The notes beneath the pieces were generated by a model. The model worked only from the letters and a program-made list of their open reading frames with translations, did no database searches and had not been told where the DNA came from. Shown here in pieces: positions 28,067 to 38,150 of a DNA stretch of 64,000 bases. The DNA comes from a virus. Taxonomy: Duplodnaviria; Caudoviricetes. The translations under genes were made by a program, and so were the position numbers. How positions within the stretch are numbered: the stretch's first letter is position 1; each line of letters starts with the position of its first letter. Where the stretch lies: IMG/VR virus record IMGVR_UViG_3300029267_004155, one strand, 5' to 3'.

Positions 28067-29135
28067 CGTGCTTGGGCATGACGAGAAGGGCGGTCACCTT
28101 TTCCGGTGGGACGGCGAGTTCCACTACGACGGGAGGGTGGCTGCTCCCTTTTGCCCGATTGTCCCTGACAGCCGCGCGAGGGCCAGGGTGGCAGGTGCGA
28201 CCTTCCTCTCCGGCGTCGGGGGGCTGTCTGTCTGTCTGGACGTGAGCGGTCTTGAGATAACCTTGTGGTTTGTCTCGTGGGGAGTGCTGGGCTTCGCCGC
28301 CCGCCGGATCGACGAGCTGTCCGTGTTGTCCATCCCGACGGCCATGCCGGTGGTGGTTTGCGGGGATGTCTGCTTGGACCCGGACCGCATGCGGAGGGTG
28401 TGCCGCGCCTATCCTGCCCATTGGCTGAAGGCGTGCCCGCTCGTTGACGGGCTTGAGGCCTTCGGGGCCCTTGTCGAGCATGTGGCGGCGGAAAAGGCCG
28501 AGCGGCCCAGGGCGCTGTCGCTCATGGAGCCGGCGGAGGGCGATCTCCAGGGCGAGTTCCAGGAGTTCGACCAGGAGCTTGGGTCGGACGGCCTGGGGCG
28601 CATGGCGCACCTGGTTGCGAAAGGTCGTCCGGTCTTGAACCAGATGATGGCCGGTCCGTGCATTCGGAGGTTCAACGGGTCGGTGGTGGCCCGGTCCGGG
28701 GACGGGGTTTGGCTGACGACGTCGCGGGAGGCTCAGAGGATGTTCCCGATGGAGCCGGTGTCGCTCAAGGCCCACGCGGCCCGTCAGGTCCCGGTGATGG
28801 TGGAGCCGACTGCCGAGTTCCGGGAGGCGACGGGGTTCGACGGGGACCAGGTGGCGATCCTGGTGGCGTCCGACTCGATGCCGGGTTCGGAGGTCTTTCT
28901 GAGGATGTATTTCCCGTACTCCGGGAGGAAGTCGGTATGCCTTCTTGACCCAAAATCCCCCGAGGCTCCGCGAAACGCTCCCGTTTTTCGATATAATAAG
29001 GGTTGGAGACTGGACGAGGCGCGATACAGAGAGGTGGTCGATGGTGGACCTTCAGACTTTCTACGACGGGTGCGGGACGCCGGAGGGGCAGCGGCTGGGG
29101 AGCTGGAAGGCTGTGCTGCTGGTGGTGCCTCTTGA
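28059..29135 (+). CDS. Hypothetical protein
   Basis: 358-aa ORF coupled to the ParB gene; 3' end overlaps the dnaE start. Confidence 0.55.
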   Translation: MADVLGHDEKGGHLFRWDGEFHYDGRVAAPFCPIVPDSRARARVAGATFLSGVGGLSVCLDVSGLEITLWFVSWGVLGFAARRIDELSVLSIPTAMPVVVCGDVCLDPDRMRRVCRAYPAHWLKACPLVDGLEAFGALVEHVAAEKAERPRALSLMEPAEGDLQGEFQEFDQELGSDGLGRMAHLVAKGRPVLNQMMAGPCIRRFNGSVVARSGDGVWLTTSREAQRMFPMEPVSLKAHAARQVPVMVEPTAEFREATGFDGDQVAILVASDSMPGSEVFLRMYFPYSGRKSVCLLDPKSPEAPRNAPVFRYNKGWRLDEARYREVVDGGPSDFLRRVRDAGGAAAGELEGCAAGGAS

Positions 29136-32100
29136 GGACTTCTGCGTGGACGACTACGTGGCGCAGCTCGGCTTGGACAGGGCCGAGGTCGCGGTGACCT
29201 GGGAGAAGGACGGTGTCGACATCGTCCAGGAGATGATGCTCGCCAAGGCCGCTGTCGTCGTCCAGTGCTCTGCTCGCTTCTCTCGCAAGTTCCCCCATGT
29301 CGCCAACCCTTGGGCCATCGACGACGCCCTGAGGGAACGAGTGCATGCCGCGCTTCCTGACGCCTACGTTAGCCTGCACCACCATGACGAGTTCAGCATC
29401 AGGGACGGCCTGGGGCGCGTCGAGGACCTTGTGAAGCTCCTGAAGGCCCAGGGGCGGTCCTTCTGCTGCGTGACCAACCACGGCTCCGTGGGGGGCTGGA
29501 TACGGCAGTACAAGGCGTGCAGGGAGGCCGGGATCAAGGCCATCTTCGGTTGCCTGACGCCTGGACAGCCGATATTTGCTAAGAATGGGGTGAAAAAGAT
29601 TGAGGATGTTCGTGTCGGGGATGAGGTTCTTACTCATAATGGGCGTTTTCAAAGGGTGGTCGGATGCTCTAAGAGGAATTATTCAGGAACAGTGTACAGA
29701 ATAGAATGCTGGGGGGAGAGTGGCTTGGAGGTTACTGGGGAACATCCCGTTATGGTGTACGGGAAGACATCTCACAAGTGGGAATTTGGTTTTTCCTGGG
29801 AGAAGCCGGAAGATATTAAATTTGGACGGGCGAATATGAGGTGTTCTGCGGCTCGGAGTGGCTCTAAAGTCCGTGGATTGTGGAGGAGTTATGCAGTTCT
29901 TCCAAGAATTCCAGATACAGAGGAGTCAATGATAAAAGTCTTGGATTGGGTTGTGGGGTATGAGAATAGAGAGGGGAAGGCATATCGGACTCGCAATGGG
30001 CCGAATGATACGGTGTCAAATAGGAATTTTCCAGTAGAGATCGCACTGACTGGTGATTGGATGAGGATGTTTGGGCTGTATGTGGCGGAGGGAAGTCAGC
30101 AGCATGGGACAGTGAGGTGGACATTTAACAACTTATCGGATGTGCGGGCAATTGATTTTCTGAGGACATTTCTAAAGTCCGAGTTGGGCCTTGAATTGGT
30201 ATGTGCTGGAGAGGTCTCTTTTACGGATAAAAATGGAAATGAAAGGGTGTCGCAGGCATCGGATTATTATGTTTGCTCGGTGATTCTTCAAAAGATGATG
30301 TTGGCCATGTTTGGTGCGGGGGCGAAAGAGAAGAAGTTTCCGATTTCGTTCCTTGGATTGAATAAAAGCCTTTTGGCTGCTTTTATTTGGGGTCTTTGGG
30401 AGGGAGATGCAAACAAGCGTGGTGATGTGCTGACTACGAGTTCATGGGAGTTGGCTCATTTGAGTCGTTTGGCCGTAGCAAAAGTGAAGGGTGCAGCCTA
30501 TCAGGTGTCATGCGTGAAGAATGGAGAATTTGACAGGTATGATGTTCGATGGGGTAGGACAGCCAATACTGATGAGGTGTATACGGATAGTGATGATTCT
30601 TTTGTCTATCTTCCGATAAGGAACGTGGATCGTAGGTGGTATGATGGTCCGGTATACAATCTTCATGTTGAAGAGGATAACAGTTATGTGTCTGGTGTGG
30701 CCGTTCATAATTGCGAAATGTACGTCAACGACTACCGGGGCGACGATCCCGAGCTGAAGAAGGCGAGCCGGAGGAGCAGCCATCTGATCTTGACGGCCAG
30801 GACCGAGGAGGGCCTCTACAACCTCATCCGGATACACAACGACGCCCAGCTGGACGGTTTCTACTACATGCCGAGGATGAACCACGAGGCGGCGAGGAGG
30901 TGGGGGAAGGGAATCGTGGCGACGTCGGCCTGTTTGTCGGGCGAGGTGCCGCGGCTGCTGATGGCCGAGCCGCCGCCCCAGCGAACGCCCGAGACGGACG
31001 TGGAGTACGAGCAGCGCTGCGAGGTGGCCAAGGCCGTGGCGAAGAAGGCCAAGACGGACTACGAGCCGCCGGAACGCGACACGGGCGAGACGGACGCCGA
31101 GTACTTGGCGGCCTGCGCTGTCTTCGTGAAGGCCGCGAGGGAGGAGGCCGAGCGCATCTACCGGCTCTACGAGGAGGCCTTCGACGAGTTTTACGTCGAG
31201 CTCCAGATCATCGAGTACGAGGAGCAGCGGGAGGTCAACCGGCGCTTGATCGAGTTCGGTCGCGAGGTCGGGGCCAAGTTCATGCTGGCATCAGACTCCC
31301 ACTACCTGGACGCGACTCACGCGAACACCCACGACCTGCTTCTCATGATGCGCCAGGGCAAGACCGTGCTGGACAAGAGGGAGAGCGAGGAGGAGGTCTG
31401 GAATTTCCAGGTGGCGAACCTCTACTACCGGGACGCCGCGGCCATGCGGGACGTCTTTGAGAACGGCTTCGTCGATAAGAAGGGCGGCAGGCACGGGCCG
31501 TTCCGGGACGACGTCTTCACCGAGGAGGTGTTCGTCGAGGCCATGGCGAACACCAGGAGGGTGGCGGTCGCGGCCGACCCCATCAGGTTCGATCCGACGA
31601 TTCAGCTTCCGAAGCTCTACGACAACGGCGCGGAGATGCTGCGCCGGAAGGTGAACGCCGGCTTCGGCGAGCGCGGGATCGGCAGGAGGGTGGACGTCCA
31701 GGACTACCTGGACAGGGTCAGGCACGAGTTCGCGGTCATCACCAAGCTCGGGTGGGCCGACTACTTCCTGATCATGGACAGGATCGTGGCTGACGCCAAG
31801 GAGAAGTTCGGCGAGTGGGCCGTCGGGTATGGGAGAGGGAGCGCCGCTGGGAGCCTGGTCTCCTATTGCCTCGGACTGACGGACTGTGACCCGCTGGAGC
31901 ACGGCCTCCTTTTCGAGAGGTTCCTGGATGAGGGGCGCCGGGATGCTCCGGACATCGACACCGACTTCGACCCGCGGGTGAGGGAGTGGGTGAAGGGCCA
32001 TATTGTCAAGGTCTTCGGGGAGGACAACGTCTGCTCCATCGGGACCTACTCGACCTACAAGACCAGGGCTGTCATACTCGGCGTCGCCAGGGTTCTGGCC

Positions 32101-33984
32101 CTGGACGTCCACGAGGCCAACGCGGTGACGAAGAAGCTGGAGCCGCTGAAGTCGTTCGAGGTCGGGGACGAGGGCGACGAGGAGATCGTCGACAAGATGG
32201 ACCTGGACGACGTCTGCGCCCACTACCCGGAGCTGGCCGACTACCTGGACCGCAACCCGGAGGTCCGCTTCCATGCCGAGATCATCCGGAACCAGGTCAG
32301 CAACATGGGCAAGCACGCGGGTGGCGTCATCATATCGGGGAGTAGCCTGAAGGGGCGCATCCCGGTCCTGAGGGACTCCAAGGGCGGCATCCTGTCCGCC
32401 TGGGCCGAGTCCGGCACTGTGCAGGAGCTCAGCGAGCTCGGCCTGGTGAAGTACGACATCCTGGGGCTCAACAACCTCCCGGTGATAGCCGATTGCATCA
32501 GCTTCATCGAGGACAGGCATGGGGTCAGGCCGATTCGGGACGAGATTCCTATTGACGACCGGAACTCCATCCGGCAGGAGGCCAGGAGGGACCTGGTTGG
32601 CATCTTCCAGTTCGAGAACCCGGCCACGATGCCGATAGTGGCCGAGGTGGGCATGGAGTCGCTGAACGACGTGGCCGCGATCACGTCCCTCATCCGGCCT
32701 GGTCCGAAGGACATGGGCATGGACATGGAGTACGCCAGGAGGAAGCACGGGCAGCCGTACGAGGTGCTCGACTGCATCCGGGAGATACTGGCGCCGACCT
32801 ACGGGATCATCGTCTACCAGGAGCAGATGATGCAGATAAGCCAGGCCCTCTGCGGTTTCGACGGGCCCAAGGCTAACAGGCTTCGGCGCGCGTGCGGGAA
32901 GAAGAACGTGGAGCTGATGAGGAGCGTCAAGGAGGACTTTGTCAACGGGGCGCAGCCGAGGATCGACTCCGGTGAGGTGACGACGAGGCAGGTGGAGGAC
33001 CTGTGGGAGTTGGTCGTGAAATTCGCAAAATACGGGTTCAACAAATCACACGCGATCACCTACAGCGCGATCACGACGGTGGAGCTGTGGCTGAAGCACA
33101 ACTACCTGGTGGAGTACATGGCGGCGCTGCTCAACAACACGAAGCAGGGCAAGAAGAAGCACGGCTCCTCGAACATCCTGGTCCGGTACGTCAACTACGC
33201 CAGGCGCCGGGGGATCGACATGCTGCCCCCGGACGTCTCCAGGAGCGGCGTGGGGTTCAGGCTGGAGGGGCCGTCCATCCGGTTCTCGCTGGGGCACGTC
33301 AAGAACGTGGCGACGTCGGCGACGGAGATCGAGGCGGCGCAGCCGTTCACGGGCATCGAGGATTTCAACGCTCGGGTGATGGCGACCGTCAACCGGAAGC
33401 AGAAGGACGGGACCTACAAGGCGACGAAGCAGAAGCTCAACAAGAGGGTCTTTGAGAGCTTGCTGTATGCTGGGGCTTTTGACTCTTTCGGTGCCCGGAA
33501 CGAGGTGGCGGCCAAGTTCGCCGAGCTGCGAAAGCAGAAGACGCCCCCCGTCGAGCTGTCGGACGACGAGTGGCTGGAGAAGGAGCGCGAGATGTGCGGG
33601 CTCGTGATGTCGGTCGACCCGCTGGTGAAGAGGTGCGGGGCCCTGATATCGGAGGCCAAGGCCCAGACCATAGGGGAGGAGGCGATCCGGGACAGGGTGC
33701 GCCTCTTCGGCCGGATAGACTCGATTGTCAACCACACGTCCAGGAACGGGAACCCGATGTGGAAGGTGTTTCTGGACGACGGGATAGACTCGATCATGTT
33801 CTACGTGTTCGAGGGTGGAAAGCAGAGGTTCAAGGACGAGTTCGAGACTGGCGACGTGGCGCTGGTCCCGATGAAGAGGTTCGAGGATGGCGGCCAACGC
33901 TTCTTCGACGACGATGGTGATTGCGTGGTGTTCACAAAGGAGGACGTTGATGATGCTGAAGCCGGGAGACTGTCTCAGGGTTAA
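29041..33984 (+). CDS. dnaE: DNA polymerase III alpha subunit with intein
   Basis: PHP domain (LHHHDEFSIRDG, TNHG, DSHY), GRGSAAGSLV, PDIDTDF, HAGG, KYDILGL, YQEQMM, FNKSHA; start 29041 after SD GAGGT and CGATATAAT at 28989. Confidence 0.97.
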   Translation: MVDLQTFYDGCGTPEGQRLGSWKAVLLVVPLEDFCVDDYVAQLGLDRAEVAVTWEKDGVDIVQEMMLAKAAVVVQCSARFSRKFPHVANPWAIDDALRERVHAALPDAYVSLHHHDEFSIRDGLGRVEDLVKLLKAQGRSFCCVTNHGSVGGWIRQYKACREAGIKAIFGCLTPGQPIFAKNGVKKIEDVRVGDEVLTHNGRFQRVVGCSKRNYSGTVYRIECWGESGLEVTGEHPVMVYGKTSHKWEFGFSWEKPEDIKFGRANMRCSAARSGSKVRGLWRSYAVLPRIPDTEESMIKVLDWVVGYENREGKAYRTRNGPNDTVSNRNFPVEIALTGDWMRMFGLYVAEGSQQHGTVRWTFNNLSDVRAIDFLRTFLKSELGLELVCAGEVSFTDKNGNERVSQASDYYVCSVILQKMMLAMFGAGAKEKKFPISFLGLNKSLLAAFIWGLWEGDANKRGDVLTTSSWELAHLSRLAVAKVKGAAYQVSCVKNGEFDRYDVRWGRTANTDEVYTDSDDSFVYLPIRNVDRRWYDGPVYNLHVEEDNSYVSGVAVHNCEMYVNDYRGDDPELKKASRRSSHLILTARTEEGLYNLIRIHNDAQLDGFYYMPRMNHEAARRWGKGIVATSACLSGEVPRLLMAEPPPQRTPETDVEYEQRCEVAKAVAKKAKTDYEPPERDTGETDAEYLAACAVFVKAAREEAERIYRLYEEAFDEFYVELQIIEYEEQREVNRRLIEFGREVGAKFMLASDSHYLDATHANTHDLLLMMRQGKTVLDKRESEEEVWNFQVANLYYRDAAAMRDVFENGFVDKKGGRHGPFRDDVFTEEVFVEAMANTRRVAVAADPIRFDPTIQLPKLYDNGAEMLRRKVNAGFGERGIGRRVDVQDYLDRVRHEFAVITKLGWADYFLIMDRIVADAKEKFGEWAVGYGRGSAAGSLVSYCLGLTDCDPLEHGLLFERFLDEGRRDAPDIDTDFDPRVREWVKGHIVKVFGEDNVCSIGTYSTYKTRAVILGVARVLALDVHEANAVTKKLEPLKSFEVGDEGDEEIVDKMDLDDVCAHYPELADYLDRNPEVRFHAEIIRNQVSNMGKHAGGVIISGSSLKGRIPVLRDSKGGILSAWAESGTVQELSELGLVKYDILGLNNLPVIADCISFIEDRHGVRPIRDEIPIDDRNSIRQEARRDLVGIFQFENPATMPIVAEVGMESLNDVAAITSLIRPGPKDMGMDMEYARRKHGQPYEVLDCIREILAPTYGIIVYQEQMMQISQALCGFDGPKANRLRRACGKKNVELMRSVKEDFVNGAQPRIDSGEVTTRQVEDLWELVVKFAKYGFNKSHAITYSAITTVELWLKHNYLVEYMAALLNNTKQGKKKHGSSNILVRYVNYARRRGIDMLPPDVSRSGVGFRLEGPSIRFSLGHVKNVATSATEIEAAQPFTGIEDFNARVMATVNRKQKDGTYKATKQKLNKRVFESLLYAGAFDSFGARNEVAAKFAELRKQKTPPVELSDDEWLEKEREMCGLVMSVDPLVKRCGALISEAKAQTIGEEAIRDRVRLFGRIDSIVNHTSRNGNPMWKVFLDDGIDSIMFYVFEGGKQRFKDEFETGDVALVPMKRFEDGGQRFFDDDGDCVVFTKEDVDDAEAGRLSQG
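29551..30711 (+). mobile_element. Intein (387 aa) with LAGLIDADG homing endonuclease, in the DnaE PHP domain
   Basis: GIKAIFG|CLTPG...VTGEHP...YNLHVEEDNSYV...VHN|CEMY; LAGLIDADG-like FGLYVAEGS and IWGLWEGDA; sharp GC drop bounded by the splice junctions. Confidence 0.96.
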
Positions 33985-34297
33985 GACGAAGACGCGGGAC
34001 GACGTGTTCGGGGTCTGTGTCTACAAGGTGCTGGAGGTGGGGATACTGCCTCCGGAGAAGGAGAGGCGCGAGGCTGGAGCCATGGACGGCGTCAAGTGCG
34101 TTATGCTCGGCGGCACCGGGCCGGCCGCGAGGCCGGGCATGACCATCATGGACTCCACCAAGGCCATCTCGCGCGACGTGAAGGCGGGGACGACCGAGAT
34201 CATCAAGGAGGCCGAGGCCGAGCGGGTCGCGGTGCAGTACGCCAAGTCCAAGGACAAGGAGGCTCCGTCGACCGGGGTCACGGAAGTCGATTGGTGA
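33950..34297 (+). CDS. Hypothetical protein
   Basis: SD AAGGAGG; 115 aa. Confidence 0.65.
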   Translation: MMLKPGDCLRVKTKTRDDVFGVCVYKVLEVGILPPEKERREAGAMDGVKCVMLGGTGPAARPGMTIMDSTKAISRDVKAGTTEIIKEAEAERVAVQYAKSKDKEAPSTGVTEVDW

Positions 34298-35190
34298 GCG
34301 CGGTCACGATAGTCTGCTGCTACCGGACCGGCACGCTTCGCATGATGGAGGCGTGCGCCAGGGCCGTCGTCCGCCACACCAAGATGGACTACGAGTTCCT
34401 GATCGTGACCCGGGACGCCGAGCCAGGAGAGCTGGACGGCGTCCTGGGGGCCTTCTGTCCCTCCACGGCCATGGTGCTGAGGGTCGACGTGCTGGACGGG
34501 CCAGGGGTCCACGGGAGGATGCTGGACGAGGCCCTGGCGTCAGGCGTGGCGCGCCATGGGGCTCCGTTCGTCCTGACTCTCGACTCCGACTGCCTGCCGG
34601 TGGCCGACGGGTGGCTGGCTGGGCTCCATGCCGGCGTGGTCCGTGCCGGCGTCGGAGCGGCGGGCATCCTGCATCCGTGGGCGCCCCCTCCGGCCGACAT
34701 GGGTCGGGACACGATCGAGTGGAGAGTCAGGAGCCAGCACTGCTGGGAGTCGACGCACGTGGCGTGCCAGCTTGTCCCGAGGGAGTTCGCGACCCATTTC
34801 GGGGTCGGCTTCGCGGACGGGGACGACACGGGCCTGGAGGTGGTCAAGCTGATAAAGACCATGGGGCTCCGGTGCGAGGGTTTCATGCCGAGCCGGTGCC
34901 CGCTCTCCATGACCGACTTCGATCCGGAGCTGAACAGGCAGGTCGGGGTGGTCTACGGGGACATGGTCTACCATCACGGGGGCCACACCAGGGTGTCGGC
35001 GTGCGGCGGCGACGCGGCTCTGAGGAGGAGCTTCGGATGGGCCCTGGACCGGGTCCTGGAGGAGGGCGGGGCGGAGTGGCTGCTGGACGACGCGGTCTCC
35101 CACCGGTACGCCCTGGACCGGGAGGAGGAGGTGGCGGCCGAGAAGATGAAGAGGCTGTTCGGGTTCGACTCGTGGAGGGTTGAGGGATGA
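34294..35190 (+). CDS. GT-A fold glycosyltransferase-like protein
   Basis: HG..LD, FVLTLDSDCLP (DxD), DTG, YHHGG. Confidence 0.7.
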   Translation: MSAVTIVCCYRTGTLRMMEACARAVVRHTKMDYEFLIVTRDAEPGELDGVLGAFCPSTAMVLRVDVLDGPGVHGRMLDEALASGVARHGAPFVLTLDSDCLPVADGWLAGLHAGVVRAGVGAAGILHPWAPPPADMGRDTIEWRVRSQHCWESTHVACQLVPREFATHFGVGFADGDDTGLEVVKLIKTMGLRCEGFMPSRCPLSMTDFDPELNRQVGVVYGDMVYHHGGHTRVSACGGDAALRRSFGWALDRVLEEGGAEWLLDDAVSHRYALDREEEVAAEKMKRLFGFDSWRVEG

Positions 35191-35393
35191 GGATAGAGAA
35201 GCTGGACAGGCATCATTCCGAGTTGCCGACGACCGACGAGGATCGGGAGTTGGGGGCTGAGTTGGCGGGTGAGATTGGCGACACGCTGATCGACTTCAAG
35301 TCGATGTGGCCGGTTGCGCAGTGGACGGTCGTCGCCAAGGCGTTGAGGATTCACGGGCTCAAGGTGGCAGAACGACGAAAGGGAAAGACATGA
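35187..35393 (+). CDS. Small hypothetical protein
   Basis: ATGA overlaps at both ends. Confidence 0.55.
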   Translation: MRIEKLDRHHSELPTTDEDRELGAELAGEIGDTLIDFKSMWPVAQWTVVAKALRIHGLKVAERRKGKT

Positions 35394-36115
35394 AGGGCGT
35401 TATACTGGCGGGTGGCAAGGGAACGAGGTTGATGCCGGCGACTAAAGTGACCAACAAGCATCTTTTGCCGGTCGGGGTGAAGCCGATGCTCCAGCACTGC
35501 GTCGAGAAGATGGTGGAGGCCGGGATCGAGGACATCATGGTCGTGACCGGCGGCGAGCACGTGGGCCACATGGCCGAGTTCCTCGGGAGCGGGGCCGAGT
35601 ACGGCTGCCAGACCACGTACAGGGTCCAGGACCAGGCTGGCGGGATCGCCGAGGCTCTCGGGCTGGCGCGCGGCTTCGTTCGGGAGGGGGACTCCATGTG
35701 CGTCCTTCTCGGGGACAACATCTTCAAGGACCCGTTGGGGCCGTTCGTCCAGGCGTTCCTGGAGTACAGGGACGTGGACTACGGGGCGATGGTGGTGCTC
35801 AAGAAGGTGTCCGACCCGTGGCGGTTCGGGGTGGCCGAGGTGAACGCCGAGCTGAGGGAGATCGTCGGCATCGAGGAGAAGCCGGAGAAGCCGAAGTCGA
35901 ACATGGCCGTGACTGGAATCTACTTCTATGACAGCTCCGTCTTCGAGATCGTGGACGGCCTGGGGCCGAGTGAGCGGGGAGAGCTGGAGATCACGGACGT
36001 GAATAACGCGTACCTTATTAGGGGCGAGTTGTCGTTCTCGACCATGAAAGGATGGTGGACCGATGCAGGGACCGAGGAGAGCTACGCCAGGGCGAACGAC
36101 CTCGTCCGAGGTTGA
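35390..36115 (+). CDS. rmlA: Glucose-1-phosphate thymidylyltransferase (short RmlA/SpsI type)
   Basis: GVILAGGKGTRL.P.T...NKHLLPV, LGDNIF, EEKP, PSERGELEITDVN, WTDAGT. Confidence 0.95.
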   Translation: MKGVILAGGKGTRLMPATKVTNKHLLPVGVKPMLQHCVEKMVEAGIEDIMVVTGGEHVGHMAEFLGSGAEYGCQTTYRVQDQAGGIAEALGLARGFVREGDSMCVLLGDNIFKDPLGPFVQAFLEYRDVDYGAMVVLKKVSDPWRFGVAEVNAELREIVGIEEKPEKPKSNMAVTGIYFYDSSVFEIVDGLGPSERGELEITDVNNAYLIRGELSFSTMKGWWTDAGTEESYARANDLVRG

Positions 36116-36128
36116 TGCGACATACGCC

Positions 36129-36365
36129 TTGACCGTCGACGACGTGGCGATGGCCATGTCGAGGGCGGAAGGGACAAGGGGGCCGGTTGACGCGGTGGTG
36201 GTCTCGGACCACCTGTACGAGAGATTGAGCGCCCAGGCCGTGAAGGTCGGGCCTTTGCCGCACCTGGACCCGGTCCAGACGGGCAGAACTACCTTGTTCG
36301 GGATGAGGTTGAGGACGGGACCGGAGCCGGGAGAGGTGATAGTCGGAGAGGACGAGGTCCGATGA
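36129..36365 (+). CDS. Small hypothetical protein (start uncertain)
   Basis: Fills the gap and ends in an ATGA overlap with the next gene. Confidence 0.4.
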   Translation: MTVDDVAMAMSRAEGTRGPVDAVVVSDHLYERLSAQAVKVGPLPHLDPVQTGRTTLFGMRLRTGPEPGEVIVGEDEVR

Positions 36366-37201
36366 GTGAGTGGATGACACTTGAGGCTGCTAAACAGCAT
36401 GCCTTGGAGAAGTTTCACTCGTGTCTGACGGGCGAGGTTTGCGCGGCAGAGCACGGGATGCTGGCTGACTGGCTCGGCGAGCTTCAGAGGCGCCGGGACC
36501 TGGGGGGAATCTCGATCTGCATTCTGACCTGGAACGTGCTTCCCTACACGAAGGTGGCCATCTCCCAGATCAGGAAGCTGACGAGGATGGTCGACTACGA
36601 GATTCTGATCTACGACAACGGGTCCACCGACGGGACGCCGGAGTGGCTGTCGGATCAGGACGATGTGATTCTTCTCAAGGGGGCCAATAACTCCATGCGG
36701 CACGGGGAAGCCTTGGACCGCCTCGTCCGGCACGCCTCGAAGAACATCGCCTGCACCCTCTGCTCAGACGCCTTCCCGGTGAGCCCGGCCTGGACGACGC
36801 CGGCCCTGTTCCTGGACGAGGACACGGTTCTGGCCGGGATTGACAGGGGCTGGGGCCGGAAGCTGAAGAGCTACGTCTGCCCGTCCTACCTGTTCGGCTG
36901 GACGAGATGGGTTCGGGACCATACCTTCATGGACCATTGGCCGGAGACGGACACTGGCGAGCAGATGGCCATCGACTGCGAGGCCGAGGGCAAGAGGATG
37001 AAGATGTGGAAGTATGAGCTGGTGTCGTTCGGGGAGGGCTACAAGCCGAACCCGTGCGACTACGCAGGCTGGGTCTGGCACACGTGGTGGGGCGGCAGGT
37101 CGCAGAGCGTCCCCGGGCTGGCCGGCAAGGAGTTCGAGCCCACTTACCATGCCAGGGCGATAGAGGTCATTGGAGAAAGGTTCGGAATAGAAGTGAGGTG
37201 A
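36362..37201 (+). CDS. GT2 glycosyltransferase with a short N-terminal helical extension
   Basis: ISICILTWN, YDNGSTDGT, HGEALD, CSDAFP, DTG. Confidence 0.85.
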   Translation: MSEWMTLEAAKQHALEKFHSCLTGEVCAAEHGMLADWLGELQRRRDLGGISICILTWNVLPYTKVAISQIRKLTRMVDYEILIYDNGSTDGTPEWLSDQDDVILLKGANNSMRHGEALDRLVRHASKNIACTLCSDAFPVSPAWTTPALFLDEDTVLAGIDRGWGRKLKSYVCPSYLFGWTRWVRDHTFMDHWPETDTGEQMAIDCEAEGKRMKMWKYELVSFGEGYKPNPCDYAGWVWHTWWGGRSQSVPGLAGKEFEPTYHARAIEVIGERFGIEVR

Positions 37202-37204
37202 AAG

Positions 37205-38101
37205 ATGAAGACCCCGACGTTCCCGTTCACGCACGAGTCGGTCCAGGAGGAGCTGTGCGACAGGAGGCTGACGCTGGCGCGCAACATAAAGGGGAACTCG
37301 TACTACCGAAGGATGGGCAGCCTGACGCTGACGCACCCGGGGGACTGGGATGTCGACGGGGGCGCTCTCCTGGTCCTGGACCAGAAGGACCGGGTGCTGC
37401 ACCGCCTCGACGGCCTGGAGGCGGGGTACGGCGGCTGCCGGATCGTCGGGGAGGACGTGACGAGCGCAAGCTCGAAAGGTTTCGCCCGGGTCGCCATCTG
37501 GCCGTACGAGCCTCTCGGGACCGACTTCTCGGTGGCGGTGTCGAGCCATGTCGACTATCACGAGCAGACGATGCCGCGGCTGCTGAAGTCGCTGGCCAGG
37601 GCCGGGGTGGAGTCCGGAGACGTCGAGGTTGTCGTCTGCGGGGCCAGGAAGGACCCGAGGGAGGAGGAGCGTGACGGTGTCAGGTTCGTCTTCGTCCCGT
37701 GGGACATGCAGGGCTTCGCGGGGCTGGCGGCAGAGGGGAAAGGGAACAAGTACGTCCTTCTGCTGCACGACACGTGCTCGGTCGACGAGGGCTTCGCCGA
37801 GAGGGTGATGGCGGTGGACGTGGGCGTCCCGCATGACATCATCCTGGCGTCGAACGACAACGAGATTGGACTCTACTCGTCGTGGCTGACCGGCCAGCTG
37901 TCGCTGGAGGACGCGAAGCCGAAGGGTTTCATGAAGCGGCTCAGGCAGATCGCGAGGTCGTGGTCCGTCATGGAGGGGGCGAGACGGAGCCTCGGGGAGA
38001 AGGATGTCTACGGGGGCGGCGTGAAGAGGGAGGTGGTGGCGTACGACGGGCTCGGCGTGAGGAAGTTCTTCGGCGTCTCGGAGTCGGGGGGAAGGCCGTG
38101 A
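37205..38101 (+). CDS. Hypothetical protein with a GT-A-like C-terminal domain
   Basis: FSVAVSSH...LLKSL...YVLLLHDTC. Confidence 0.55.
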   Translation: MKTPTFPFTHESVQEELCDRRLTLARNIKGNSYYRRMGSLTLTHPGDWDVDGGALLVLDQKDRVLHRLDGLEAGYGGCRIVGEDVTSASSKGFARVAIWPYEPLGTDFSVAVSSHVDYHEQTMPRLLKSLARAGVESGDVEVVVCGARKDPREEERDGVRFVFVPWDMQGFAGLAAEGKGNKYVLLLHDTCSVDEGFAERVMAVDVGVPHDIILASNDNEIGLYSSWLTGQLSLEDAKPKGFMKRLRQIARSWSVMEGARRSLGEKDVYGGGVKREVVAYDGLGVRKFFGVSESGGRP

Positions 38102-38150
38102 GCGTGGCTGCCGTCAGCGGTCGGGTGTGGCCAAGAACAAGAGGTGGGGA

